Translations under genes and position numbers: made by a program
Shown: piece by piece, positions 1 through 10,900 of the stretch
How the letters are laid out: the number at the start of each line of letters is the position of its first letter
How positions within the stretch are numbered: position 1 is the stretch's first letter
The notes under the pieces: model-generated
What the model saw: only the letters and a program-made list of their open reading frames with translations
The model's database searches: none
What the model was told of the DNA's origin: nothing
Source of the DNA: a virus
Lineage: Duplodnaviria > Caudoviricetes
Length of the DNA stretch: 64,000 nucleotides
Strand: one strand, 5' to 3'
IMG/VR virus record: IMGVR_UViG_3300028833_001955
Location: 116 to 64,115 of that record

Positions 1-615
1 ACTGAGGGCGACTCGGCTGCTGCCGGTTTCCGTAAGTTCAGAGACCCAAATACACAAGCATTGTTTCCAATCAGGGGGAAGATATTGAATGTTAGAGTGT
101 CATCTAAGGATAAGGTTCGTGCAAATGAGGAATTGAAGGGAATTATGGCGGCAATGGGTTTGCAGTTCGGAAAGAGTCCTTTTATTTATCGTGGTACAAA
201 AGTTTTCCAAGACAATTTGAGAATACACGAGATTCATATTTTGACCGATGCAGATACAGACGGTGCAGATATTGCCGGATTGCTCCTGAACATCTTTTCC
301 TACTATTGGCCTGAACTTATCAGGGAACACAGAATTGCAAGAATTGAGACACCGGTTTTGATAGCAAGACAAGGAAGAAAGTCAGAGAAATTCTACTACA
401 AAAGTGAGTTTGACGAATGGTGTAAGAAAAACGACCCGAAGAAATGGGATATAGATTACTATAAGGGTCTTTCGGCATTGGAAAACGATGAATACAAGGA
501 ACTCATCCAGAATCCGAGAATATATTACTATGAACTCGATGACTGTGCATTGGATGAACTTGAAACTTGGTTCGGTAAGGATGCAGATAAGAGGAAAGAG
601 AAATTGTTGAAGTAA
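1..615 (+). CDS. Type IIA topoisomerase B subunit (gp39/60-like), C-terminal part; 5' end lies outside the window
   Basis: Frame 1 reads TEGDSA...FPIRGKILNV...ILTDADTDG...YYKGL, which are TOPRIM motifs of GyrB/topo II. Confidence 0.95.
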   Translation, partial: TEGDSAAAGFRKFRDPNTQALFPIRGKILNVRVSSKDKVRANEELKGIMAAMGLQFGKSPFIYRGTKVFQDNLRIHEIHILTDADTDGADIAGLLLNIFSYYWPELIREHRIARIETPVLIARQGRKSEKFYYKSEFDEWCKKNDPKKWDIDYYKGLSALENDEYKELIQNPRIYYYELDDCALDELETWFGKDADKRKEKLLK

Positions 616-617
616 TC

Positions 618-625
618 CATAAATA
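618..625 (+). promoter_or_regulatory. Late-promoter-like CATAAATA
   Basis: Recurring intergenic octamer, one base from the T4 late promoter TATAAATA, oriented toward the next gene. Confidence 0.7.
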
Positions 626-650
626 CTTCATATAAAATAATTAAAAATAT

Positions 651-1100
651 ATGAAGACCTTGAATATACTTTGGTTAGATGACGAAAGAGACCCAGAGGA
701 ATATTTGAAACAGAAAAGTAAAAGTGGTGCTTTTTTGAGAACAAAATCATTCTATGAAAAGGAAATATTCAAAAAATATGAAGTAAAATTCACTTGGTGT
801 AAAAACTTTGATGAGTTTACTGAATATATAGAAAAGAATGGTTTGCCTGAGTTCATATCATTTGACAGAGATTTGAAAAAAGGAAACAAGATTCCAAAGG
901 GTTCTGAATACCCAAACGGAGAGGACTGTGCAAAGTGGTTGGTAGGTTTTTGTAATGGAAAGAAAGTTGAATTACCAAAATACTTTGTTCACTCTGCAAA
1001 CAAAAATGGTCAAAAAAATATACCAGAGATTATTGGTGTAAAACCAGTTTCAGAAGGTAAGTGTTATATTTTAAATTTTGATGAGTTTATTGAAGACTAA
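651..1100 (+). CDS. Stand-alone receiver-like domain protein (cyclic-phosphate processing receiver type)
   Basis: ILWLDDERDP, ISFDRDL, G.DCAKWL and VHSAN match the receiver-fold pattern. Confidence 0.7.
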   Translation: MKTLNILWLDDERDPEEYLKQKSKSGAFLRTKSFYEKEIFKKYEVKFTWCKNFDEFTEYIEKNGLPEFISFDRDLKKGNKIPKGSEYPNGEDCAKWLVGFCNGKKVELPKYFVHSANKNGQKNIPEIIGVKPVSEGKCYILNFDEFIED

Positions 1101-2442
1101 AAATGTATCAGACTTCCTTAATACGGAAGTCAAGGAATATTCGGTTGATGTAATTGAGAATCGTGCAATACCGTCTGTGATAGATGGATTGAAACCGACA
1201 GCAAGAAAGGTTGTCTATATTGCAGATAAGATATGGAAGACAGGTAACGAGAAACCGATGAAGGTGTTCCAGTTTGTCGGTAAGATGGCGGCAGATGCTT
1301 ACTACCATCACGGTGATGCTTCTGCAAACGATGTCGTGACAGGAATGGGTCAGACATTCAAGAACTCACTCCCACTTCTCGAAGGTATCGGTCAGTATGG
1401 TACTCTCCGTTCAACAACAGCAGGTGCCCCTCGTTATATATCAACGAAACTATCACAGAATTTCAGAAATCTTTACAAGGATTTCGAACTACTCGATAAT
1501 CAAATTGATGAGGGTGTCGAGATTGAACCTAAATATTTTCTTCCGATTGTACCGACAATCATTCTGAATGGTTCATCGGGTATCGCTGTCGGTTTTGCTT
1601 CCAATATTCTAAACCGTAATCCGAAGGATGTAATAGATAATTGCATCAACTATATAGAGGGTAAGAAGATAAAGGAATTAAAACCTTGGTTGGCTGAGTT
1701 TTCAGGTGAGTGGGTTCGTGATACAGAAAACAAGAAAAAGTGGTATATTCACGGTAAGTATGAGATTTCAGACAGAAAACCAGAGATACACGTTACTGAA
1801 CTTCCACCAGACATCACTTTTGAAAAATATGAGTCTTATCTTGATGAACTCGTTGAAAACAAAATACTTCGTGACTACGACAACAATTCATCGTCGAGTG
1901 TTGACTATGTTTTGAAATTCAAAAAGGAAGAGTTTGACAAAATAGTATCTAATAAAGAGAAACTTGAAAAACTTTTGAAGATAAACGACTCCGTTACCGA
2001 GAATCTCACGACGATTGATGAGAATGAAAAGTTGAAGATATTTGACTGTGCAGAGGATATACTTTCATATTTCGTTGATTTTAGAATCAAGTACTATGAA
2101 AAGAGAAAGGAATATTTTATCAACAAATGGAATGATGAACTTGATGTGATAAACATGAAGGCGAAGTTCATTAAATCTATAATTGACAAGAAATTAACAA
2201 TAAACAACAAACCAAAGGATGAGATTGTTTCTTGGTTGTCAAAGAACGATTATAAGTTAATAGACGATAGTTACAACTATCTTTTGTCGATGCCGATATA
2301 TTCACTCACAAAAGAAAAATACGAGGAACTACTTCAGAAAGCGAAAGCAAAAAAAGAGCAGATTATGGAGTTTATGAAGAAGGGTACCAAAGAGATGTAT
2401 CTTGAAGACTTGTATGAGTTGAAGAAAAAAATAAAATCATAA
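1081..2442 (+). CDS. gp52: Type IIA topoisomerase A subunit (gp52-like)
   Basis: RAIPSVIDGLKPTARK, YYHHGD and the active-site GAPRYI motif. Confidence 0.95.
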   Translation: MSLLKTKNVSDFLNTEVKEYSVDVIENRAIPSVIDGLKPTARKVVYIADKIWKTGNEKPMKVFQFVGKMAADAYYHHGDASANDVVTGMGQTFKNSLPLLEGIGQYGTLRSTTAGAPRYISTKLSQNFRNLYKDFELLDNQIDEGVEIEPKYFLPIVPTIILNGSSGIAVGFASNILNRNPKDVIDNCINYIEGKKIKELKPWLAEFSGEWVRDTENKKKWYIHGKYEISDRKPEIHVTELPPDITFEKYESYLDELVENKILRDYDNNSSSSVDYVLKFKKEEFDKIVSNKEKLEKLLKINDSVTENLTTIDENEKLKIFDCAEDILSYFVDFRIKYYEKRKEYFINKWNDELDVINMKAKFIKSIIDKKLTINNKPKDEIVSWLSKNDYKLIDDSYNYLLSMPIYSLTKEKYEELLQKAKAKKEQIMEFMKKGTKEMYLEDLYELKKKIKS

Positions 2443-2445
2443 ATA
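2438..2445 (+). promoter_or_regulatory. Late-promoter-like CATAAATA overlapping the gp52 stop codon
   Basis: Exact octamer, 16 nt upstream of the ATG at 2462. Confidence 0.65.
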
Positions 2446-2461
2446 ATGATATAAACAAATT

Positions 2462-2809
2462 ATGATAAAAGATTTTAAAAAATTTATAAATGAAAATCGT
2501 AATATGGATACATTTCTATTTGATGAAATGGAAAATATTGCAATAGAGATTACTGATGCTAAATATGATGAAAGAGTAACGGATACTTTTACAATTGGTA
2601 ATATATACTCATGTGAAGATTTTATAGATGGGTGTAAAAATTTGATGGAAGATTGTACGGGTTATATCGATGATGCTAGTTGTGATACGGAGTCAAAACT
2701 AATCAAAGTCATGATTAATGATATTGATGATGAAATGGCATGTGAAATTACATTACGTGTTATATATGCTTCTGAAGAACTTTGTAACGCTTTTTATAAT
2801 ATAAAATAA
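2462..2809 (+). CDS. Acidic hypothetical protein with capsid-targeting-like N-terminus
   Basis: Starts MIKDFKKFINE. Confidence 0.7.
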   Translation: MIKDFKKFINENRNMDTFLFDEMENIAIEITDAKYDERVTDTFTIGNIYSCEDFIDGCKNLMEDCTGYIDDASCDTESKLIKVMINDIDDEMACEITLRVIYASEELCNAFYNIK

Positions 2810-2838
2810 AAAAAGAGGAAACTTCTGTTTCCTCTTTT
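2807..2838. terminator. Bidirectional intrinsic terminator
   Basis: AAAAGAGGAAAC-ttct-GTTTCCTCTTTT between convergent genes. Confidence 0.85.
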
Positions 2839-3427
2839 ATTTTTTATAATAATATTGTTTTTTCAAATAATCTGTAATTTTGAAAACTTCATCGTTTGTA
2901 AAACTTCTCATAATTTCTTGAAAATCTGTGAATAGTTCCAATCTTTCTTCTTCAGTATGTGCATCTTCGTTGTACATATCTTCGTATAAGTCATAAATCA
3001 TACACCAAGTTTTTCCAGCGTTTTCCATATCATCATCTTTGACATACTTCTTTGTCAGTTCTACAAGATTTTTTGCCTCAGAATTTTTTTCTACTGAATT
3101 TTTACTTTCGTTAAGTTCGTCTTTATCTTCTTTGTCCCAATCCGGGTCTGTGGCCTTTCTCCAAGACAAATCCGGTTCTTTTTGTTGTGTTTTTTTATCA
3201 AAACCACTTAATGAAGACAAATGTACTCTTGTTAATATTGTTCCTGGACCAGCACCTTTTGGACCGAAGTCAATAAGTTTTATTTTAGCAGTTTTATCGG
3301 TTTTTGAAATTATTCTGCATTTAGTACTTACCCATGTGTTTTTGAAATAATCAAACCATCTATATGTTACAATTCCATTGGAACTTTCATCAGATTCTGT
3401 TATAAAATCACTAAATTTTCTTATCAT
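2837..3427 (-). CDS. Hypothetical protein with capsid-targeting-like N-terminus
   Basis: Starts MIRKFSDFITES and has an internal ELNES. Confidence 0.7.
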   Translation of the reverse strand: MIRKFSDFITESDESSNGIVTYRWFDYFKNTWVSTKCRIISKTDKTAKIKLIDFGPKGAGPGTILTRVHLSSLSGFDKKTQQKEPDLSWRKATDPDWDKEDKDELNESKNSVEKNSEAKNLVELTKKYVKDDDMENAGKTWCMIYDLYEDMYNEDAHTEEERLELFTDFQEIMRSFTNDEVFKITDYLKKQYYYKK

Positions 3428-3454
3428 ATTAAAATTTTTGTATATATATTATAT

Positions 3455-4615
3455 TTATTGTATTTTTTTGAATTTATTCACTTTCAAGAACTCCTTTATG
3501 TTTTCAAGTTCAAATATCTGGTTTGGTCCGATATTGTAGTGAAGAATGTCATCTCTCATCTTGTTGTCCATATCTTTCACCATATTATATCCTTTGAAAT
3601 ATGTCGTCATAGGTTCACCGGATTTTATTTCACAGTCCTTGTTTCGTCTTCTCGGTCTTACGATTATTTTGAAAGCGGTATAATCTGTCATCGTAGGCGC
3701 TTTCTTTTTCACCCAGTCAAACAAGTCACAGAAATCCATTTCAAACATCAAGTATGAAACACAAGTCTTCATTGCAATATTGAACATCACGTTGTCTTTT
3801 TTGTGTTTTACGAGATTCAATGAGTTCCATACGGCGAGACCCTCGTCGTATGTTGAACTTGACTGCAAACCATAAGCAAACAACCACAGACCAGTTTCCT
3901 TTCCGTAATATCTTCTTCCGACATGTCCTTTAATTTCGTGAGCAATAAGACCATCAATGTCGTCTTCTGAAAATCTTGATTTTCTATTTACATTCACCCT
4001 TCCCATCTTGACATTCATTCTTGGAAGCATATTGTCGTCTATTTGAACTTCAAAGTTGTATCCAAGTTCATCAAGAGCATCTTCTATTTCTTCAAGACAT
4101 TTGTCACTTTCTATGTTTCTATCGTTTTTGAAGTCAGGTTTTTTATATGGATTGTTTTTTATACATTCTAATGCCTCTTCATATAAACTTTTATCTACTG
4201 GATTTTTATCGGGTGTTGTATAATCTCCGGTTTCAAGTTGTTTTCTTAACTCCAATCCTTCAAGCATACCTTCTATTTTTTCTAAATAAAACTTAACTAT
4301 GTAGCAATCGTCTTTTATTTTTTTGAACTCATCTTTCAGTTTTTCAAAGTTTTCCATCAGTTTGTTGTCAACGTTTGAGTTTTCTATTTCGAGTTGTGGA
4401 TAATATTTTTGACCCATATTCTTTGCAGAAATAAATTTGTCAAACTCTTCTTTTAAATTTGAACAAGTCGTTGCAACATATTTTGTTCTGAACTTTTCTA
4501 TGAGTTTATGGTATTTTTCGTCGAGTTCAAGAAGTTTTGCTTTAACTTCCGGTGTCAATGTGTAAATACTGTTGGACTCGAGAAGATAGTCGTCAAAATT
4601 TAAAATGTTATTCAT
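3455..4615 (-). CDS. DUF1704/MATCAP-like zinc metallopeptidase
   Basis: AHEIKGH (HExxxH) followed by DEGLA; N-terminus MNNILNFDDYLLES. Confidence 0.75.
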   Translation of the reverse strand: MNNILNFDDYLLESNSIYTLTPEVKAKLLELDEKYHKLIEKFRTKYVATTCSNLKEEFDKFISAKNMGQKYYPQLEIENSNVDNKLMENFEKLKDEFKKIKDDCYIVKFYLEKIEGMLEGLELRKQLETGDYTTPDKNPVDKSLYEEALECIKNNPYKKPDFKNDRNIESDKCLEEIEDALDELGYNFEVQIDDNMLPRMNVKMGRVNVNRKSRFSEDDIDGLIAHEIKGHVGRRYYGKETGLWLFAYGLQSSSTYDEGLAVWNSLNLVKHKKDNVMFNIAMKTCVSYLMFEMDFCDLFDWVKKKAPTMTDYTAFKIIVRPRRRNKDCEIKSGEPMTTYFKGYNMVKDMDNKMRDDILHYNIGPNQIFELENIKEFLKVNKFKKIQ

Positions 4616-4636
4616 TTTAAGAATGTAAATATATAT

Positions 4637-4661
4637 TATTTATGGTTTTTTTGTTATATTT
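4637..4661. promoter_or_regulatory. Divergent promoter pair: CATAAATA (minus, 4637-4644) and TTGTTATATTT (plus, 4651-4661)
   Basis: Both motifs recur elsewhere, and each points at its adjacent gene. Confidence 0.65.
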
Positions 4662-4666
4662 AATAT

Positions 4667-5620
4667 ATGAAATATTTAGAGGATAAAGTAGATTTTATTG
4701 AACAAGAACCTGGTATAGAGGGTATGTTCAAAATGATGGAGAAAGCGGCCCGTATCTGTTACAAAACCGAAAATCTTATCAAAGATGGTTCTGCACATAG
4801 AATAATAGAAGATGTCATAATCCCGTCTGGACATACATCTGTACTTGAATTTGGAACAGTGTATTTGAAGTATAACATATTTCAGATTCACAAATATCTC
4901 AAATATATTTTTGACAGGTATTCGAGAGTCAGATGGAAATTTTCAGGTGTATATGTCACAACTACATATAGAACAATTATGCAAGGCGGTTATAAAGACC
5001 CCGTTGAAGCCATAGAGAACAAATTCGACAAAGACTGGAAGTCTGATTTGAAATATTGGTGTGAACCTACAAAGAATCATCATAAGAGATATTGCTTCAA
5101 GTTCATTATGGATAGAGTTGGAAGTCAGTCTGTTGAAAGACATCGTGGTGTGTGGGGTATTTCCTATGCTCAGGAATCGACTAGATTTATCAATTATGCT
5201 CAAAATAAGTTTGACCAAAGTATTACATTTTCATTACCTTCTAAGTTTTATGAACTTATTGATAAGTTAAATAAAGAAGATATTATACGAAGAAATTGTG
5301 GTGAGACGATGCCTTTTGATTTAAATGAATGGAGTCTTGAAGACAAAATTAGTTTTTTAAGATTTTGTTCGGATGATTGGAACATTTATGAGAAAGCGTT
5401 AAAAGAGGCGGAGAAAAGTTATCTTATCTTGATAAATAAAGGCTGGAAACCGGAAGATGCACGTGGTGTGCTTAGTCTAGACGTAAAGACTGAGTTTATG
5501 ATGTGTGCATATACTTTGGATTGGAAGATGTGGTTGTTCAGAAGACTTGAAAAACATGCTCACCCACATATTCAAAAGATTGCAAAAGTTGTTAATAAAT
5601 ACTTTGAAAATATTTTATAA
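4667..5620 (+). CDS. thyX: Flavin-dependent thymidylate synthase
   Basis: GHTSVLEF, RHR...SYAQESTRF and KPEDARGVL motifs. Confidence 0.92.
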   Translation: MKYLEDKVDFIEQEPGIEGMFKMMEKAARICYKTENLIKDGSAHRIIEDVIIPSGHTSVLEFGTVYLKYNIFQIHKYLKYIFDRYSRVRWKFSGVYVTTTYRTIMQGGYKDPVEAIENKFDKDWKSDLKYWCEPTKNHHKRYCFKFIMDRVGSQSVERHRGVWGISYAQESTRFINYAQNKFDQSITFSLPSKFYELIDKLNKEDIIRRNCGETMPFDLNEWSLEDKISFLRFCSDDWNIYEKALKEAEKSYLILINKGWKPEDARGVLSLDVKTEFMMCAYTLDWKMWLFRRLEKHAHPHIQKIAKVVNKYFENIL

Positions 5621-5624
5621 TAAC

Positions 5625-6044
5625 ATGTGGATTAAAAATTTTATCAATGAGTGTCGTGTGTGGCATGAAGTTAGAATGGTCTATAAAAAAAATAAGGAAG
5701 ATTTCCTCAAACATGGTCTTAAATCGGATTGGTTTGGTCGTATATATAAAGTAATCAACAGGGATGTTAAAGTAGAATTAGGTTCTCAAGAAGATGAAAT
5801 AATTCTACGTGAGGAATTGACTGAAATTCAAAACATTCTTGTGAAACACAATATAATAGACCTTCTTGCATACTCATTGAAGCCTCTTGAAGAGGATGAT
5901 GGAAAAACATTTGAACACGGTTATCTTATAGTTTTTACTCCAGCATACATACTTGAAAAACAATATCTTACATTTAAGAATGTCTTATTGTTAATTATTG
6001 CTTTTTTATCGATTTGTTTTTTAGGGGGACTTTTATGGGGATAA
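5625..6044 (+). CDS. Hypothetical protein with a C-terminal transmembrane segment
   Basis: Likely start MWIKNFINE just after the thyX stop; ends with hydrophobic VLLLIIAFLSICFLGGLLWG. Confidence 0.7.
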   Translation: MWIKNFINECRVWHEVRMVYKKNKEDFLKHGLKSDWFGRIYKVINRDVKVELGSQEDEIILREELTEIQNILVKHNIIDLLAYSLKPLEEDDGKTFEHGYLIVFTPAYILEKQYLTFKNVLLLIIAFLSICFLGGLLWG

Positions 6045-6388
6045 TTGAAGAACTTGAACTTAAAAAATTTAAGAAAACTTTGATACAAAGGGTTGAAAAT
6101 CAAGAATTGGATTTAATTTTCGACCCTTTATTTAATTGTATATGTGACCGAGCAATATATGAGAGAAATCGTAATTTAATTGAATGGAAGTGTGCTATCT
6201 GTGGTGATAAAATATATACAGACAAGAGAAGAAACGATGTTGAAAATTTTGTATGTGAAAAATGTAAAGAATTGTATAACAATAATAACATATCAATAGA
6301 CAGAAGAATTCTCGATTCGAGAACTAAAATGTTCAAGATGATGGAAGATATTTTGTATAATGAGTTAGAAACTAAACTTTTATCTTAA
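6035..6388 (+). CDS. Zinc-ribbon hypothetical protein
   Basis: CAIC...CEKC pair. Confidence 0.6.
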   Translation: MGIIEELELKKFKKTLIQRVENQELDLIFDPLFNCICDRAIYERNRNLIEWKCAICGDKIYTDKRRNDVENFVCEKCKELYNNNNISIDRRILDSRTKMFKMMEDILYNELETKLLS

Positions 6389-6739
6389 ATGGAAAACATA
6401 GAAATAGGAAAGACATATAAGTTAAAACAAGATGGTGAATACTTTTGTATACCATTGCAAAGGTGTGTTAGATTCACTTCACAGGTGTGTGTGGAAGTAA
6501 CAAATAAGTATACGGCGGATTATTTTGACCCACTAAAAAAAGATATTATATATTTTGGAAAACTTATTGATATGAGTGGCTCTGTAGATTATGTTACTGA
6601 AAACGAGATAGAGTTCTCAAAAAATGATGTTGAATGTTCATATAGTTTGAGACAAATGCCTGTGATGATGGTATATCTTCCAAATTTATCTGGAACACTT
6701 CCGAATTTATTCGTTGAAGATACTTATGTGGGGTTGTAA
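6389..6739 (+). CDS. Hypothetical protein
   Basis: 116-aa ORF abutting the previous stop codon. Confidence 0.6.
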   Translation: MENIEIGKTYKLKQDGEYFCIPLQRCVRFTSQVCVEVTNKYTADYFDPLKKDIIYFGKLIDMSGSVDYVTENEIEFSKNDVECSYSLRQMPVMMVYLPNLSGTLPNLFVEDTYVGL

Positions 6740-6793
6740 AGTTTATGTTGTTGAATTTACAGTCCATGCAGATTCTTTATATGTATTTTTGTT

Positions 6794-7924
6794 ATGATAA
6801 AAAATAATTATAAAGCAATAGAATTATTTGCCGGAATAGGTGGCTTTAGACTTGCATGTGACAATCTTGGTATAGATACTGTGTGGGCAAATGATATGGA
6901 ATCAAATGCAGTGAAGGTTTATAAGGATAATTTTGGTGAAAATTCTATTGTACAAGGTGATATAAACACACTTATTGATAAAATACCAGACCATGATATA
7001 TTAACCGGTGGATTCCCTTGTCAACCATTCAGTAGGGCCGGAAAAAAGAAAGGGATAGATGATTATCGTGGTACATTATTTGAGACTATTATAAAGATAG
7101 TCGATAATAAAAGACCAGATTTCTTTGTGCTTGAAAATGTCAATAGTCTTCTTTTTATGCAAAAAGGAAGACATTTCCGGACAATTCTGTCTGCATTGTG
7201 TGATTTGGAATATAAGATAGAATGGAGAGTTTTTAATGCACTGGAATTTGGATTACCACAACATAGGGAAAGAATTATTATAGTAGGTTCAAAGGATAGA
7301 AAGTATAATGAGTCATATCTTATTTCCGATGTTTTGGATTGTTTTTTATGTGATGATGTTGATAAAATTTCAACATATGAGTGTTGGGATAATATTATCG
7401 AATCAAACAATTTCAAAAATTGGGGTATGGCATATAATGGTAGATGTATTACATACAAAGTCGATGAACATATTGAATGTGAAGTTAGTTTGAATGATAT
7501 TCTACAAAAAATGTCAGATATATCTGACATTTATGACTATACGGATGATACCATTAAAAGAATTAAAAACAGTGTATATGTGAATAAATTATGTAATGGT
7601 GTGAGAGTTCTCTATAATCAGAACGGTGGTGCAAGAATGGGATACACTATTTTTGGAACAGACGGTGTATCACCAACATTAACAGCATCAACAAGTAGGC
7701 ATTATGAGAGATATAAGGTTGGTGATAGATACAGGAGACTCACTAATGTTGAATATGCAAGACTTCAAGGTTTTCCTGATGACCACTGTAAGGCAGTATC
7801 ACCATATATACAATACAAATTATATGGAAATGCTGTACCACACCAAATGGTTGAATATGTTTTATCAAAAATAATAAATGATAACTTTGTTAAAATCAAA
7901 ATAAATACAATTCGGTTATTTTAA
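6794..7924 (+). CDS. DNA (cytosine-5) methyltransferase, full length
   Basis: ELFAGIGG (motif I), GGFPCQPFS (IV), ENV (VI), QHRERI (VIII) and YGNAV (X). Confidence 0.95.
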   Translation: MIKNNYKAIELFAGIGGFRLACDNLGIDTVWANDMESNAVKVYKDNFGENSIVQGDINTLIDKIPDHDILTGGFPCQPFSRAGKKKGIDDYRGTLFETIIKIVDNKRPDFFVLENVNSLLFMQKGRHFRTILSALCDLEYKIEWRVFNALEFGLPQHRERIIIVGSKDRKYNESYLISDVLDCFLCDDVDKISTYECWDNIIESNNFKNWGMAYNGRCITYKVDEHIECEVSLNDILQKMSDISDIYDYTDDTIKRIKNSVYVNKLCNGVRVLYNQNGGARMGYTIFGTDGVSPTLTASTSRHYERYKVGDRYRRLTNVEYARLQGFPDDHCKAVSPYIQYKLYGNAVPHQMVEYVLSKIINDNFVKIKINTIRLF

Positions 7925-7953
7925 AAAGAAGGTTTCATAGGAACCTTCTTTTT
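7923..7953 (+). terminator. Intrinsic terminator, followed by CATAAATA at 7964-7971
   Basis: AAAAGAAGGTT...AACCTTCTTTT hairpin. Confidence 0.8.
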
Positions 7954-7990
7954 GTTTTATACCCATAAATACCATATAAAATATATAGAT

Positions 7991-10900
7991 ATGAGTAAGA
8001 TATTTAACGGACAATACACTAGATTGGATGATGATGTGAGTATGCAGCTTGTGAGAACCAATCCACTTTTGACAACAAACACAAAACTTATGTATGATGG
8101 GAAAAATATGTACTTGGAGTCATATAATGCTAATTCACTTCTCGTCACACAAAAATATAAAAATGTGAGTATTAAAGGAACATCTCCGTTTAACAGGGAT
8201 ATTCGAAATTTTCTTCTTGGAACATTTGAGTCCGCTTATGATGTCTTTCAGAAAGAATCTGATTTTTCAATATGTGACAATTATGACAAACAGTTTGAAA
8301 CCATGTACTGGTGTGGTGCAGAAAGTATTGATTCAAAACAGTACCCACAGGAACTTGGTTTTATAGCACCATTGTATCTACGAAAGAAGCTCCCAAACTA
8401 TTTTGTCATATTCAAGGTAGATGGTCCGAGTAATTTTAATCTTACTTTCGATGAGAATGGAAAACCCATTGATGATGAGTTTAATATCAATACTGATATA
8501 ATTAGCAATGCAAAGATAGTCAAGAGTTTTGATTTGAGAGAAGGAACACCAATAGGTAACTACATTAAAAAATATATCGAACAACCAGGTTTTGAGTTCG
8601 ATAAGTCTATATATGTTAATTTTTCGTCAAACGAGATAACATATTATGGTATCGATAAGAAACATGGTGTGATGACTTCTAAGGTTGAGAATTTTAGAAC
8701 AGAACTTCTTGAAAACGATAACACAATACTTCATTCCGATGAATGGATTACGAGTGGTTTCAAAAGAAATAATTTGATTTTCCCATACATCATAAACTTT
8801 GAGTTCCTTTTTGATGATAATGATACTGAGAATTATAAGTTTGCAAGATATTTTGGTTTATATTGTAATGATATAGATTTATTTGAGTTTGAAGCAAAAT
8901 ATAGAAGTAATGCATTCATCGTAAGTAAACCTGAAGAATTATTGGAAAAAACAGTTTTAAATAGAAGTGGTTACAAAAATATAAGACTTGTTTTTGACAA
9001 AACTGAAGAACTTGGAACATACAATTATGATAGAACGGATAAACTCTCATTCTACTATATCAAAGATAAGTTCAACGGAATACACCAAGTGTATGACATG
9101 TATGACAACTATTTTGACATGGATAACACAAAAATAGTTGAGATAACCGACAAAGAATTTGACCTCAGTACAATATGTGGTTTTGAAAACGACAGTGTGT
9201 CATCGTATTGTGAAAGGGTAAATGGTGGTGGTAAATCTGAGTTTGCTTTCACGATAAACAAGAAGTTTAGACAAGGTGAAGAAATAAGATTTTACAAAGA
9301 CGGTACTGTGTATAAGACATTCACAGCAGTGACCGAAGATGATGCAAATCCACTTGGAATTGGACAGTTTGAAGGAACCAAATTCTCGACACGAGGAACA
9401 CTGAAAGATATGACGAAGGCTTTGTGTGATTGTATAAATTCACTTGATGATGAGGAGCATTTCTTTGATGCTATATATAAAGATACAAATGTTGTTTTAA
9501 GGTGTGTATATTCCAATGAAAATGTAGGATTGGATTATGCTATCGTTCCGGACAATTCTTTGATAGTAAACAATCGTATCACTATAAATGGAAACACGAG
9601 ACATCTTGAGGGTGGATGCAGTACAAAGGGGTGTGTTTTCAAGATAAATGCAAGCGATAAAAGACAGTTTACAAATGATAGATATTTGAAAAGTGGAGAC
9701 GATAATAAGAAAAATGCAAAAATCGTATCGTGTGTTCCATTTGTAAATGAGAATGATGAAATTGAGAACGACTACTATGAAGTATCAACGGATGATAACG
9801 GACAATTCGTGTCTGTTTCCAACACAAATATGGTTGAAATAGTTGATAGATTCTATCCAAAGTTCGGTATTTTGAGTTTCTTCCCCGTGTTTGATTTTGA
9901 CTTTGATTTAGTATTTTCAAACTATGGAAGTTGCCGTGCATTTGTTGATGAATGTAAAAAAATGGAAGAGAAATCAAAAGACATGTTTGTGAATGAGAAT
10001 GTTGAATATGAGAGAAGTAGTGTAATGACACTTGCAAACGGATATTTGAGGGATTCGGATGGAAGACCTATTGAAAGTGAGTATGAGTATTTCATGGAAA
10101 ATCTTATTCCTGAGTTATCAACTGAGAATAAAAGTGTTCCTTATGTGAATAAATGGGGATATTATGATGATGAAAAAGATAGTTGTGAAAACTCATATCG
10201 TCTTAATATGAGTAAAGTTTTCGATACGAGTAATCTTTCTTCAAACACATTTACATTTGAACATTCAATACATGAACACACACATTCGATGCCATATTAT
10301 GTGACAAAGGATGAATCAATGTGTAGTGGTGACAATTATCAGTATGTGTATGACAATATTGGAATATATTCATACCAGCAAATCAATGGAAGTACGGTTT
10401 ATGAGTCTTTTCTTAAACGATGTGTTGATATTTTCATGGATACAGATGTTGATAATTTTGAAAAACTCGTCTGTCGAAAAACAGATGATAACAAAAGATT
10501 TACAAAGAAGTATTCGAGAATGAAGTTCGGTGGTGAAGATAGATTCTCATCAACTTTGTTCAGAGGTGTGAAATTCAATATCAAAAAAATAATTGATGAT
10601 AACGAGATATATAGCAGTGATTTCAATGATTATAGATTCACATTTTTATATATACCGATAGAACTTCCGTCGATATATGTGAGCAACAAGGTGTATTTTG
10701 TAAAGAACGACACTTTCAAGTTTATAGTGGGTTTTGTCATAGTTAATACGTTGAGTGGTGGTATAACTACTGACAACTATGAGGACAGTGAATATTACCT
10801 TTACAATACTTATAGTATTGATGATTTCTGTAAAGCATATATATATGGTGGATGTTATGGTCTTCTTGCACTTCCAATAACCAACAATACTGAAAGTGAA

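Noticed and set aside
1-650. T4 gene 60-style translational bypass or an intron in the topoisomerase B subunit
   Set aside because: The TOPRIM region is continuous in one frame up to TAA 615.
6789-6799. TTGTTATGATA as a sixth copy of the non-late promoter
   Set aside because: It is a mismatched copy that contains the methylase start codon itself, so the geometry does not fit.
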